NCBI GenBank assembly: GCA_052327205.1
Contig: CM126225.1
Span: 45,880,001-45,944,000 of the forward strand
Source: Somniosus microcephalus
Lineage: Eukaryota
Length of the DNA: 64,000 nucleotides
Direction of reading: 5' to 3'
Shown: positions 22,369 through 35,859 of the stretch, piece after piece
Position numbering within the stretch: the first letter of the stretch is position 1
Layout: each line of letters begins with the position of its first letter
Notes under the pieces: model-generated
The model's database searches: none
Seen by the model: only the letters and a program-made list of their open reading frames with translations
Told to the model about the DNA's origin: nothing
Translations under genes and position numbers: made by a program

Positions 22369-23716
22369 TCATAAGAAAGAACATAAGAAATAGGAGCAGG
22401 AGTAGGCCATTCAATAAGATCATGGCTGATCTTCTACCTCATCTCCACTTTCCTGACTATCCCCATATCCCCTTAATATTAAAACATCTATCGATCTCTG
22501 TCTTGAATATACTCAAAGACTGAGCCTCCACAGCCCACCAGGGTAGAGAATTCCAAAGATTCACCACCCTCTGAGTGAAGAAATTTCTCATCTCAGTCCT
22601 AAATGGCCGACCCCTTATTCTGAGACTGTGACCCCTGGTTCTAGACTCCCCAGCCAGGGGAAACATCCTCCCTGCATCTACTCTGTCAAGCCCTGTAAGA
22701 ATTTTGTATGTTTCAATTAGATCACCTCTCGTTCTTCTAAACTCTAGAGAATATAGGCCTAGTCTACTCAATCTCTCCTCATAGGACAATCCCCTCATCC
22801 CAGGAACCAGTCTGGTGAACCTTCGTTGCACTCCCTCTATGGCAAGTATATCCTTCCTTAGGTAAGGAGGCCAAAACTGTACACAATACTCCAGGTGTGG
22901 TCTCACCAGGGCCCTATATAATTGCAGTAAGACGTCTTTATTCTTATACTCAAATCCTCTTGTAATAAAGGCTAACTTACCATTTGGTTTCCTAATTGCT
23001 TGCTGTACCTGCATGTTAATTTTCAGTGATTCGTGTTCAAGGACACCCAGGTCCCTCTGAACGCCAACATTTCCCAATCTCTCACCATTTAAAAAATACT
23101 CTGCTTTTCTATTTTTCCTACCAATGTGGATAACTTCACATTTCTCCACAATATATTCCATTTGCCATGTTCTTGCCCACTCAATTAGCCTGCCTATATC
23201 CCCTTGAAGCCTCCTTACATCCTCCTCACAACTTACATTCCCACCCAGCTTTGTATCATCAGCAAACTTGGATATATTACATTTGGTCCCCTCATCCAAA
23301 TCATTAATGTAGATTGTGAATAGCTGAGGCCCAAGCACTGGTCCTTGCGGTAGCTCACAATTTGCAACCTGCCAACCCGAAAATGACCCGTTTATTCCTA
23401 CTCTCTGTTTTCTGTCCGTTAACCAATCCTCAATCCCTGCTAGTATATTACCCCCAATCCCATGAGCCCTAATTCTGTTTAATAACCTCTTGTGTGGCAC
23501 CTTATCGAAGGCCTTCTGAAAATCTAAATACACCACATCGACTGGTTCCCCCTTATCTATTCTGCTAGTTACCTCAAAAAACGAACAGATTTGTCAAACA
23601 TGATTTCCCTGTCATAAAGCCGTGTTGACTCTGCCCAATCCTATTATTATTTTCTAAGTGTCCTGTTATCACGTCCTTAATAATAGACTCTAGCATTTTC
23701 CCCACTACTGATGTCA
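22369..23716 (-). mobile_element. CR1 LINE, 5'-truncated
   Basis: 359-aa RT frame with YLDFQKAFD and FADDTK. Confidence 0.95.
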
Positions 23717-24654
23717 TGATTCACCAATTGCAAGGCAGCCAACACGCTCAGGAGGAGGGGAGAAAACGAGAGAGAATATAAAACAGCTGAGACTGAACTT
23801 CCCAAATAGGTAAAGGGATCACTGAGGTGGTACTGAGCAATATAACTCAAAAACTACCAGGTTAGATCACCAATCTGTGCTTCTTTTTAGCTGATCTTAT
23901 CTGGGGCACTACAATTAGCCTCCCTGAAGGGGGAGGGAAGTGCAGGAATGAAGAATCAACCAGGTTGCCTCCAGTGATCGCTGCTGGAAAGTACACATGC
24001 AGGCGTTGGATGAGGAGGACAGGATTTGGTTCAGGTGTGATTATCCCCGTGGTTGAATATCCCACTGGCACTTACAGCATACGCAAGTACAACGAACTAA
24101 CTGATGTGCCAGAGGTCTGCTGCAGCCTATGGGAAATGTAGCCCAGCAAGAGTCAGTACAGTACCTACAGGAGAGAACATTGAATAAAAGATACTGGTAC
24201 AGACTATTTTTTTCACCAAATTTTCAAATGAATCATCATTACGGACATGCAGATTAGTGTCAGTCAATGGAATGATTAAACTAGAGGACATTCCCTGTTG
24301 AGGATTCTCCAACTCGAGCAAGTTTTGTACATTTGCCCTTATTTGTGGAATAAATTCAGTATTATCCTCTTCAGACCCCAAATACAGTTAAAACAAATAC
24401 AACTTTATACTCCATACAGGCTCGTTCCATTGTAAAAGTGACAGATTGAGTCAAATTGAGTCACCTGCAAGCACTTCCTATGGCGAGTTGAACCACATCA
24501 TACATACTGTTTTAAATGGTAGCAGGACTGAATGATAACTCCCAAATGCTGCAGAATGCATGTCACTTGTATTGTAAGGGGGGGAGGGGGAATTCAAGAT
24601 GTCAGGGTACATTCCCCTCCTGCTGATGCAGCGCAAAGGCTGTAAATGTTAGAC

Positions 24655-25015
24655 TTGCCTAAGTGGTAGCACTTTGATCTCTTGCGTCAGAAGGTTGTGT
24701 GTTCAAGCCCCACTCCAGAGATTTCAGCGCATAATCTGGCGGATACTTCAATAGCAAAAGATCTTGTGATACTTTCTGAAGAAGAGCAGGGTGGAGGTCT
24801 CCCGGCCAACATTTATCACTCAATCAACATCGCCAAAAACAAATTATTTGGTCATTTATCTTGTTGCTGTGTGGGACATTTATGTGTGAATTGGCTGCTG
24901 CATTTCCTTATCTTAGAACAGGGATGACACTTCAAAAATGGTTCATTGGCTGTGAAGTGCTTTGGAACATCCTGAGGTCACGGCAGGCCCTATATAAATG
25001 CCAGTTCTCTTTCTT
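24655..25015 (+). mobile_element. SacSINE1-type SINE with an internal deletion
   Basis: gtcagaaggttgtgtgttcaagcccc; tail ctatataaatgcc. Confidence 0.8.
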
Positions 25016-25489
25016 TTACTGGCAGCCAGGACAAACAGAAGCAGTGTATACAATATAAATAAACGTTGGCTAGAAGACACCTCTGCCTCCTCTAACTGGT
25101 ATGCACGTACAGTGGCCAATGGGAGGAGTCAAATTCTTCACTCATGACCCAAGTCACTGCTTCCCCCGCAGGCTTTTCATCAAATAGGAAATAAGCTTTC
25201 AACCAGGACCTCCCACTGCAGTCTGTGTAGTGTCCCTGAACCAGCTCCTCTTTCATCTGTTGATTGCTTTTCATACAGGCAGTTGAGAAAGGTTGCATTA
25301 TCACTCACATATCAAGAGTATTAGCTGGAGGGCGACAGTGCTCTGGAAGCTCGTTACCATTTCAGGCGACTTTCTCATTTTTTTCTCCCCCCCACCCCCC
25401 TCCCCCCTCCTTTTTCCATCATTTTCTCCCCTCCGCTCCCGAGGGTATTAACTCCTTGCAGGCACCGGGCACCCTCCGTCCAGTGCTTT

Positions 25490-26080
25490 AGTCACCTCCA
25501 GACTCGACTATTCCAACACTCCCCTGGCCGACCTCCCATCTTCCACCTTCCATAAACTTGAATGGCGGAGCAGGCTCGAAGGCCCGAATGGCCTACTCCT
25601 GCTCCTATCTTCTATGTTTCTATGTATCCTAACTCGCACCAACTCCTGTTCACCAATCGTTATGCTTGCTGACCTACGCTGACTCCCGGTCGGCCAACTC
25701 CTTGATTTTAAAATTCTCATTATGTTCAAATCCCTCCATGGCCTTGCCCCTCCCTATCTCTATAACTTTCTCTAGCCCTACAACCCTCCGAGAACTCTGT
25801 GTTCCTGCAACTCTGGACGCTTATTCAGCTCCCACTCCTTGCGGCCCACCATTGGCGGCTGTGCTTTCAGCCGTCTAAGCCCTAAGCTCTCAAATTCTCT
25901 CCACCTCTCTATGCTGATTTAAGACCCTTCTTAAAACCTACCTCTTTGACCAAGCTTGTAGTCACCTCCCCTCATATTGCCTTTTTGGCTCGCTGTCAAT
26001 TTTTGTCTGATTCCGCTCCTGTGAAGCACCTTGGGACCTTTTCTTACATTAAAGGCGCTATATAAATGCAAGATGTTGTT
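25490..26080 (+). mobile_element. L2 3' fragment carrying a ~65-bp CR1 tail insertion (25560-25626)
   Basis: SRLDYSN motif and L2 tail; insert gaatggcggagcagg...tctatgtttctatg. Confidence 0.85.
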
Positions 26081-26189
26081 ACTTCATCAAATGGAAGATC
26101 TCTGTCACGGCTCACACATGAAGATCTACCATTTGGTGAAGTAACAACATCTTGCATTTATATAGCTTTGGACAAGAAAACAGGAGTTT

Positions 26190-27465
26190 ACTGGTTGTGG
26201 GACAAACTTGGTCGTGTTTGACAAACTTGATTGAATTTTTTGAGGTAACAAGGAGGGTAAATGAGGGTAGTGTGTTTGATGTAGTGTATATGGATTTTAG
26301 CAAGGCTTTTGATAAGGTTCCACATGGCAGACTGGTCACGAAGTTAAAAGCCCATGAGATCCAGGGCAAGTATCAAGTTGGATTCAAAACTGGCTCGGAG
26401 ACAGGAAGCAGAGGGTAATGGTTGATGGGTGTTTTTGTGACTGGAAGGCTGTTCCCAGTGGGGTTCCGCAAGGCTCAGTACTAGGTCCCTTGCTTTTTGT
26501 GGTATATATCAACGATCTTGACTTGAATATAGGGGGTATAATTAAGAAGTTTGCAGATGATACCAAAATCGGCTGTGTGGTTGATACTGAAGAAAGAAGC
26601 TGTAGACTGCAGGAAGATATCAATAAATTTGTCAGGTGGGCAGAACAGTGGCAAATGGAATTAAATCCGGAAAAGTGTGAAGTAATGCATTTGGGGAAGG
26701 CCAACAAGGAAAGGGAATACACATTAAATGGTAGGACAATGAGTAGTGTAGAGGAACAAAGGGACCTTGGAGTGCATGTCCACAGATCCCTGAAGGTAGC
26801 AGGCCAAGTAGATAAGGTGCTTAAGGCGGCATACGGAATGCTTGCCTTTATTAGCCGTGGCATAGAATACAAGAGCAGGGGGGCGGTTATGTTTCAACTG
26901 TATAAAACACTAGTTGTTAGGCCTCAGCTAGAGTACTGCATGCAGTTCTGGTCACCACATTACAGGAAAGATGTGATTGCACTAAGAGGGTACAGAGGAG
27001 ATTTACAAGGATGGTGCTGGGAGTAGAGAATCTTAGCTATGAGGAAAGACTGGATAGGTTTTCCTTGGAACAGAGGAGGCCGAGGGGAGACCTTATTGAG
27101 GTGTATAAAATTATGAGGGGCATAGATAAAGTGAATAGAAATGACCTATTTCCCTTAGCAATGGGGTCAAAAACCAGGGGACACAGATTTAAAGTAATTG
27201 GTGGAAGGTTTAGAGGGGATGAGGGGGGAAATTTCTTCACCCAGAGGGTTGTGGGGGTCTGGAACTCACTGTCTGAAAGGGTGGTAGAGGCAGGAACCCT
27301 AGCCACATTTAAAAAGTACTTGGAAGTGCACTTGGGATGTTCTAACCTGCAGGGCCACGGACCAAGAGCTGGGAAGTGGGATTAGGCTGGATAGCTCTGT
27401 TGGGTGGTGCGGACACGATGGGCCGAAATGGCCTTCTCTGCTGTAACTTTCTATGATTCTATGAT
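26190..27465 (+). mobile_element. CR1 LINE, 5'-truncated, frameshifted
   Basis: SCLTNLIEFFE, YMDFSKAFD, FADDTK; (attctatg)n tail. Confidence 0.95.
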
Positions 27466-28364
27466 CTTGTCCATGTTCATCCAATGGCAGATATGGTTGC
27501 TATGTGTTTTTTTTATAAATTAAGAAATCTAGGTGAAGGATACCAAACAATAGAAGAAAAGGCAAGGTTAATCAGGAAGTAGCGAGTGTGTGCAAGAGCG
27601 ATTATTAGAACATGGGTGAAGTCTTTCATTTACACAATGCCTAAACATGTATGAGAAATGTCCCTCAGTGCTTCATATAAATTACTTTTGAAGTGTGGCC
27701 ACTTGTGATGTAGGCAAACGTTGACAGCTAAATTGCACAAAGATGCCAGTTTAAATTTATATATTTATTAGATTTGGAAACTCGTAGATGAATTAGCTTT
27801 TGGCAAAGTAGGAAGTAATTTTCTTATTTAAGCTAGGGAAGGATTAATACTGGAAGGTACATTCTAAAAAGGTACAGGGATCGGCCAACAATGAAGACCC
27901 ACTTTTAATAGTGTCTTACAAATTCCCACCGGATTCACTAAAGAAATAACTTGCATTTATATAGCTCCTTTCATAACTTCAGAACGTCCCAAAGCGCTTT
28001 ACAGCCAATTAATTACTTTAGAAGTGTAGTCACTGTTGCAATGCAGATAACATGGCAGCTAACTGCCTTTCAGCTGAAGAATGACAACAGGGAATGCCAA
28101 ATGGAGGAAAGAGAGCCAGAGCTTGCCAGTACAGCACCACTCCAATGTAAAAACAGCCTAGCCTAGCCCGCAGTGGTGGCAATACTACTTCAAGGTGCTG
28201 ATCTACCTATTAATGCGTGGTAAGACAGCGAGACATTCAACTTCATACTCACTCCCTTAAATAAGAAAATTACTTCCAGCTCTGCGTTCAGGAGGCAGCC
28301 AAATGTCTTGGTCCAAACATTAACAGGATGTACTTTTTTTTCCCTATCATTTGTTCTTGGGCTG

Positions 28365-28640
28365 CGGCCAACATCAGCAAGGCAGTATTTATTGCCCATC
28401 CCTAGTTACCCCGAGGACATTTAAAGTTAACCGTTCAGTGTGGGGGCAGGATTCCTTCTCTGAAGGATATTCGTGAGCCAGTTGAGTTTTAACTTGGCAG
28501 CTTTCCTGGTCTTTTTTTCTGGTCCTAGCCCCCAAATTAAAAGACTTGTTGAATTTAGTTTCACAACTTGCCATGGTAGAACTTGAACTCAACCTATGGG
28601 TTTCTACTCCATAAGCACTAGGCCACTGTACCATTATTGT
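28365..28640 (-). mobile_element. SINE-like element with a gggatgggcaataaat LINE-derived tail
   Basis: Tail matches the 3' end of the LINE at 45483; degenerate tRNA-like head near 28590-28630. Confidence 0.55.
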
Positions 28641-28677
28641 AAGATTAGCTGCAACTGGCCTTAGAGAGGGTGCAGAG

Positions 28678-29570
28678 ATCATAGAACCATAGAATGATAC
28701 AGCACAGGAGGCCTTTCGGACCATTGTGCCAGTGACAGCTAGTGGATCTATCCAATTAGTCCCACTCCACTGCTCTTTCCCCATAGTCCTGTAAATGTTT
28801 TTCCTTCAAGTATTTATCCAATTCCCTTTTGAAAGTTACTATTGAATTTGCTTCCACCGCCCTTTCAGGCAGTGCATTCCAGATCATAACAACTCGCTGC
28901 ATAAAAAAATATTTCCTCAGGTCGCCTCTGATTCTTTTGCCAACTACCTTATTGTGATCTCTAGTTACCGACCCTTCTGCCACTGGAAACAATTTCTCCT
29001 CATTTACTCTATCTAAACCGTTCATGATTTTGAACACCCCCTACACCTCTATCAAATCTCCTCTTAACTCACTCTGCTCTAAGGAGAGCAACCCCAGCTT
29101 CTCCAGTCTCTGCACGTAACTGAAGTCCCTCATCTCTGGTACCATTCTAGTAAATCTCTTCTGCATCCTCTCGAAGGCCTTGGCATCCTTCTTAAAGTGT
29201 GGTGCCCAGAATTGAACACAATACCCCAGCCGAGGCCTAACCAGTGGTTTATAAAGGTTTAGCATAACTTCCTTGCTTTTGTACTCTATTCCTCTATTAA
29301 TAAAGCCAAGGATCCCATGCTTTAACAACCTGCTTAACTTGACCTGTCACCTTGAAATATTTGTGTACATACACCCCCAGGTCTCTCTGTTCCTGCAACC
29401 CCTATCAAATTGTACCATTTAGTTTATAGTCCTCTCCTCATTCTTCCTACCAAAATGCATCACTTCACACTTCCCTGCATTAAATTTCATCTGCCATGTG
29501 TTTGCCCATTTCACCAGTCTGTCTGTCCTCCTGAAGTCTGTTACTATCCTCCTCATTGTTTACTACATTT
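28678..29570 (-). mobile_element. CR1 3' fragment
   Basis: LVRPRLGYCVQFWAPH; WNALPERAVEA. Confidence 0.92.
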
Positions 29571-29574
29571 ACTA

Positions 29575-30035
29575 GGCTTACTAGAATACCAGGGATGCAG
29601 GACTTCAGTTATGTGGAGAGACTAGGGAAGCTGGGATTGTTCTCCTTAGACCAGAGAAGGTTAAGGGTAGATTTAAGAGGTGTTCAAAATTATGAAAGGG
29701 TTTGATAAGAGTAAATGGAAAAACTGTTTCCACTGGCAGGACAGTCAATAACTAAAGGACAAAGATTTAAGATAATTGGCAAAAGAACCAGAGCGATGAG
29801 GAGAATTTCTTTTACAGTGAGATCTGATGATCTGGAATGCACTGCCTGAAATGGTGGTGGAAGCAGATTCAGTTGTAACTTTCAAAAGGGAACTCTGTAT
29901 ACTTGAAAAGGAAACATTTGCAGGGCTATGGGGAAAGAGCAGGGAGTGGGACGAATTGGATAGCTCTTTCAGACAGCCAGCACAGGCCCGATGGGCTGAA
30001 TGGCCTCTTGCGGTGCTGTGCTGTATGATTCTAAC
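29575..30035 (+). mobile_element. CR1 3' fragment, head-to-head with the preceding copy
   Basis: IWNALPEMVVEADSVVTFKREL and 3' UTR. Confidence 0.88.
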
Positions 30036-30524
30036 GGCACAATATTCTACCCATTCATTAAAAGGCTAGCCAAGGAGAGGCTTGGAAACTTGACCTTTAT
30101 TTTGCTTTTCAAGCTTGACAAAAAATGCAAGTAACATTGCTAAAAATGTAATGTTGGGAATCAGTTAAAGAGTTTTAATAACACTAGCACAGGACCCCTT
30201 CTCAACTTTCTGGGTGGGCACTAAGTGGACAATTTTGACAAGTAAATAGTGTTCTGACCATAACTGTCAGCAGCAGGTTTCAAAAATATTTCCAAATAAA
30301 ACACAAACTTCGACAGTGCCCAGAGGAGTTGTTTGTATTGTCAATAAAATACCTAAGTCACAGAAAATGAGAACACATTAGTTCAACATGTGGGATGGAG
30401 ATTGTCTATCTAATCACTCATATGCTGGCCCAGTCACTGCTATAGGGATTTCTTCGTTCCATTCAACCCCTGTTGTATAGTGACAATTCCTCGCTTTTTC
30501 AAAGCACAAAGCAGATGTTAACTT

Positions 30525-30960
30525 GTCTCGGTGGTAGGACTCTCATCGGAGTCAGATGGTTGTGGGTTCAAGTTCCACTCCCGAGATTTGAGCACCAAAT
30601 CTAGGCTGACACTCAAGTGCAGTAGAGGGAGTGCTGCACAGTCGGAGTGCCGTCTTTTGAATGACATTAAACCAAGGCCCTGTCTGCCCTCTTAGGTAGA
30701 CTTAAAAGATCCTATGGCACTATTCGAAGAGCTGGGGAGTTCTTCAAAGTGTCCTGTCCAATATTTATCCCTCAACCAACATTACTTTAAAAAAACTGGT
30801 CTGGACATTATCTCTGCTGTGGAAGCTTGCTGTGCACAAATTGGCTCCCACATTTTCTACATTACATTGATTACAATTTAAAAGCACTTAATTGGCTTAT
30901 AAAGTACTTTGGGGTGTCCCGAGGTCATGAAAAGCGCAACATAAATGCAAGTTCTTTTTT
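30525..30960 (+). mobile_element. SacSINE1-type SINE
   Basis: Family motifs throughout. Confidence 0.85.
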
Positions 30961-31086
30961 TCTTATACGCCCAAATGGGAATGCTGGGAGGAAGGCAGTT
31001 CAGACGAAAGTGAAGCCATTATTATTCTGACTGGCCAAGAAATTTTGGCAAATGCTTTGTCATCTCTCTAAAGTACTCTGCTCTGA

Positions 31087-31255
31087 GTCCAAAGATGTGC
31101 AGGTTAGGTTGATTGGCTATGATAAAAATTGACCCTTAGTGTTAGGGGGATTAAATACGTGGGGTTACGGGGATCGGGTGGGATATGTGTCGGTGCAGGC
31201 TCGATGGGCCGAAATGGCCTCTATCTGCACTGTGGGGTTTCTGTGACTCTGTGAC
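31087..31255 (+). mobile_element. HE1-type SINE 3' fragment
   Basis: gtccaaagatgtgcaggttagg; near-identical reverse of 33304-33460. Confidence 0.85.
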
Positions 31256-32639
31256 CTCTTCAAGCAATTAAGAACTGAAAGATCTATGCCAATTGAAGCT
31301 AATACTTTTAAATGCCAAACAGACTTGTAGCTGATGACAGAGTAGTCACTTGCATAAAGTGGCCGTTTAATACAAAATGTTAATCATTAATCTTGCACTC
31401 AAACAAAATGCCAAGACTTATTCTTCCTCTCCCTCGATATGTTCTCCTTCTCCTACCCTCCTCGTCCTTAAGGTGGTGACTCTTGGTGAGCAATGTTTGC
31501 ATTGGGTGGCAGCAGTCTTCTGAATACCTCACGCAGATAACGGTCACTCGTGTGAGAACCACGATAGCTAGCATTGGCAGGTTATTCAATTAGTGGGGGG
31601 GGGGGGGGGGGGGAAATGGGCAACAGGGACACCCAAGGGTTGCTGCAGTTTCATCCTGTTATCAGATTTCCCCACACATCCACTCCACTAGGAGTCCCTG
31701 GGCAATGAATAAAACCCTGGCTGATTTTTCTACTACCTAGCCCAGGATTTGAGTTTGGCAATTTCATTTAACGGACTAGTGTTTATACATAGTGAAAAGT
31801 GAAAACTACAACTTAGAGACTTATAAAATGGAATTCAAGATTCAAAGAGTTATATTCACATGTCTATATAAAAATATGAAGGAGCAAATTTAGAAAAGCT
31901 GTAACATTCAGCACTCCCTACTGGGTTATGGGTGGCCAATTACAAAATAAAAATTGCCTGTAATTATCCACCCAGAAAGGCCACTTTTTCCAAGGTACAT
32001 TTTTGCTTACCCCATTCTATAGGTGTCCTGTAAAGAAATCATGGAAGTTGATTATTTTAAAATAACTATCAGAGGGATCATTTCCCTGATATCACATTCA
32101 AAAAGGAAAACTCACTAAAAAAGGGTTAACCAGAATGAATTGCCCAAATTCCACTATAAAAGCCACTTCATTTAACAGAAAACCTGATGGATCATAGAAA
32201 GCCTGGCAATGAAAAAAGGATGTCTAGAGATGCGTATCTCAGCTATGCTACAATCCAGCTTGAGGTTGGTAACGGAGATGCAGCATTAGTATACAGATTA
32301 TGGAAAAGGATAAAACTCAATTATGGTAGCTATAGGCTACAAGTACACTAACTATAAGCAACAAATTAGCTGAATAAATCAGGTTGCTGTTTCCTCTTCC
32401 CTAGCCCAGGGGTGTGAAGGTCAATATCCTTGTTGGAAAGTAAGTTTGTGGATGACAGAAGATGGGACCTCCACATCTAAAAGCATGCCGACATTTACTC
32501 ATTCATTGACCGGCCACTGGGGAGGGACCCATGGAACTGTACCCCAAGCAGGAGCTGGTGCTGTCTGATGAAGCCAATGAAGGTGGCAGACTCAAAAGCT
32601 GAACAGGATAAGCTACAGGAGAATTTCATTATATAGCAT

Positions 32640-35600
32640 ATTACATAGTATTTGCAGCACAGAAACAGGCCCTTCGGCCCAACAGGTCCATGCCAGTGTT
32701 TATGCTCCACAGGAGCATCCTCTCACCCTTCTTCATCTAACCCCATCAATATATCCTTCTATTCCTTTCTCCCTCATGTTTTTATCTAGCCTCCCCTTAA
32801 ATACATAAACTTTTCATTGTGGTAGCTAGTTCCACATTCTAACCACTCTGTGGGTAGAGGTTTCTCCTGAATTCCCTATTGGATTTAATTAGTAGAATCA
32901 TAGAAATTTACAGCACAGCTTAAAGCTATTTGCACCATCGTGCCTATGCTGGCTCTTTGAAAGAGCTGTCTAAATTTAGTCCCACACCCCAGCTTTCTCC
33001 CCATAACCCTGCACATTAGTCCTCTCCAAGTATATGTTCAATTGCCTTTTGAAAGCTCCTCTGGAATCTGATTTCACACTTTCAGGTAGTGCGTTCCAGA
33101 TCTTAAGCCTGTGTGTGAAGAAATTTCTCATTTCCCCTCTAGTTCTTTTGCCAATTATTTTAAATCTATGACCTCTGGATACTAACCCACTTGCAGAGGA
33201 AATAGTTTCTCCATACTTGCTCTATCAAAATTCCTCAATTTTGAATAGCTCTATTAGGTCTCCCCTTAACCACCTCTGCTCGAAGGAAAACAATCACAGC
33301 TTCACAGAATCTACAGTGCAGATAGAGGCCATTTCGGCCCATCGAGCCTGCACCGACACATATCCCACCCTATCCCCGTAACCCCACGTATTTAATCCCC
33401 TAACACTAAGGGTCAATTTATCATAGCCAAATCAACCTAACCTGCACATCTTTAGACTGTGGGAGGAAACCGGAGCACCCGGAGGAAACCCACGCAGACA
33501 CAGGGAGAATGTGCAAACTCCACACAGACAGTCGCCCAAGGCCAGATTTGAACCCGGGTCCCTGGTGCTGTGAGGCAACAGTGCTAACCACTATGCCACC
33601 GTGCCCCCCCGTGCTTCTCCAATCTCTCCACCTAACAACTACCTCATCCTGGTAAACCTCCTTTGTACCCTCTCCAGGGCCTTAACATCCTTCCTAAAGT
33701 GTGATGCTCAAAATTGTACACAATACTCCAGCTGAGGCCTAGCCAGTGATTAATGAAGTTCTAGCATCTCTTTGCTTTTATATTCGATTTCTCTATTTAT
33801 AAATCCAAGTAACCCATATGCTTTTTTTTTTTAAACCATCTGATCAACTTGCTATGCCACCTTTAAGGATGTGTATGTGCACACCAAGGTCTCTGCTCAT
33901 CCACTTTTCAAAATTGTGCCATTTATAGTATACTGCCTTTCTAGATTAGTTCTCCCAAAGTGCATCACTTCACACTTCTCCACATTGAACTCCATCTGCT
34001 ATGCTTCTGCCCATTTCACCATCCTGAAGCCTATAACTATCTTCATCACTATCTACTAGTCACATTTCATATCTGCAAACTTAATGCTGCTCCCTATACC
34101 CAGAGTCGAGGTAGTTTATAAAAATTGCAAATAATGGACCCAACTCTGACCCTTGGGGAACCCCACTGCAAACCACCTACTAGTCTGAAAAATATTCATC
34201 CACCACCAACCTTGGCTTTGTGTGGCTGAGCTAATTTCGTATTCCGCTTAATTCCATGGGCTTCCATCTTCTTAATAAGCCTCCTGTTTGGCACTTTGTC
34301 AAATGCCTTCCGAAAGTCCATATAGAAACATAGAAGATAGGAGGAGTAGGCCATTCGGCCCTGCTCCGCCATTCAATGAGATCATGGCTGATCATCCAAA
34401 CTCAGTACCTGTCCCTTCTACCTATATCCCCTTAGCCTTAAGAAATATATCTAACTCCTTCTTGAATATATTTAATGAATTGGCCTCAACTGCCTTCTGT
34501 GGTAGAGAATTCCACAGGTTCACCACTCTCTGGGTGAAGAAATTCTTCATCTGTCCTAAATGGCTTACCCCTTATCTTTAGACTGTGACCCCTGGTTCTG
34601 GACTCCCCGGCCATCGAGAACCTCCTTCCTGCATCAAGTCTGTCTAGTCATGTTAGAATTTTATAAGTTTCAATGAGATCCCCTCATTCTTCTAAACTCC
34701 AGCGAGTAAAAGCCCAATCGACCCAATCTCTCCTCATACGTCATTCCTGCCATCCCAGGTATCAGTCTGGTGAAACTTCACTGCACTCCCTCCATGGCAA
34801 AAACATCCCTCCTCAGATAAGGCGACCAAAACTGCACACAATACTCAAGGTGTGGTCTCACCAAGGCCCTGTACAACTGCAGCAAGACATCCTTATTCCT
34901 GTACTCGAATCCTCTCACTACGAATGCCAACATACCATTTGCCTTCTTAACCGCCTGCTGGACCTGCATGCTTACCTTCAGCGACTGGTGCACAAGGACA
35001 TCCAGATCGCGTTGCACTTCCCCTTCTCCCAATCTATTGCCATTCAGATAATAATCTGCCTTCCATTTTTTGCCACCAAAGTGGATAACCTCACATTTAT
35101 CCACATTATACTGCATCTGCCATACATCTGACCAATCACCCAACCTGTCCGAATCATACTGGAGTTTCTCGGCATCCTCCTCAGCACACACACCCACCCA
35201 GCTTTGTCTCGTCTGCAAATATATAGATCTATACTGCACGATCTTGATTGAATTCTTTGATGAGGTCAAAGATTGATCAAGCTAGTCAGACACTATTTGC
35301 CTTTAACAAATGATTGCTCACCTTGACCCATACCTTTCCAAATGAAAGCTTATTTTGTCCCCGCTAATGGTTTCCAATAACATCCCCGTCCACCGATGTT
35401 AGGTTGACTGGCCAGTTGTTTCCTGGTTTATCCCTCTCCCCTTTCTTGAATAGTGGTATAACATTAGCAACGCTCCAGTCCTCCGGCAATACTCCTGTAC
35501 CCAATGAGGATTGAAAGATTGTGACCAATGTCTCAGCTATTTCTACCTTTGCTTCTTTCAGCAACCTAGGCTGCATTCCATCTGGACCAGGTGACTTACC

Positions 35601-35830
35601 ACCTTTCAGTAATGCTAATCTTATTAGGCGGTCGCTATTACTATCCTGTTCATAATGTTCCTCAGCTCTTTTAGTATAACCTTCACATCATTTGCTTCCT
35701 TTGTGAAGACAGATGCAAACTACTCATTTAATACTTTCACAATGCCCTCTGCCACTACATGAAGATTTCAAGTTCTTAATTCGCCCAACTTTTTCCCTAG
35801 GTAACCGCTTACATGTTTATAAAATGTTTT
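32640..35830 (-). mobile_element. Nested CR1 fragments (older copies plus a younger insert at about 34322-35210)
   Basis: CR1 tails at 32640, 32895 and 34322; RT motifs; KAFDKVP target interrupted at 34320. Confidence 0.9.
33304..33610 (-). mobile_element. Full-length HE1-type V-SINE
   Basis: tRNA head ggcacggtggcatagtggttagcact, B-box ggttcaaatc, V-domain gtgtgggtttcc...ccggtttcctcccacag-like core, CR1-type tail. Confidence 0.92.
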
Positions 35831-35859
35831 ATGGTTCAATTGAAGCTATCCCAACAATG

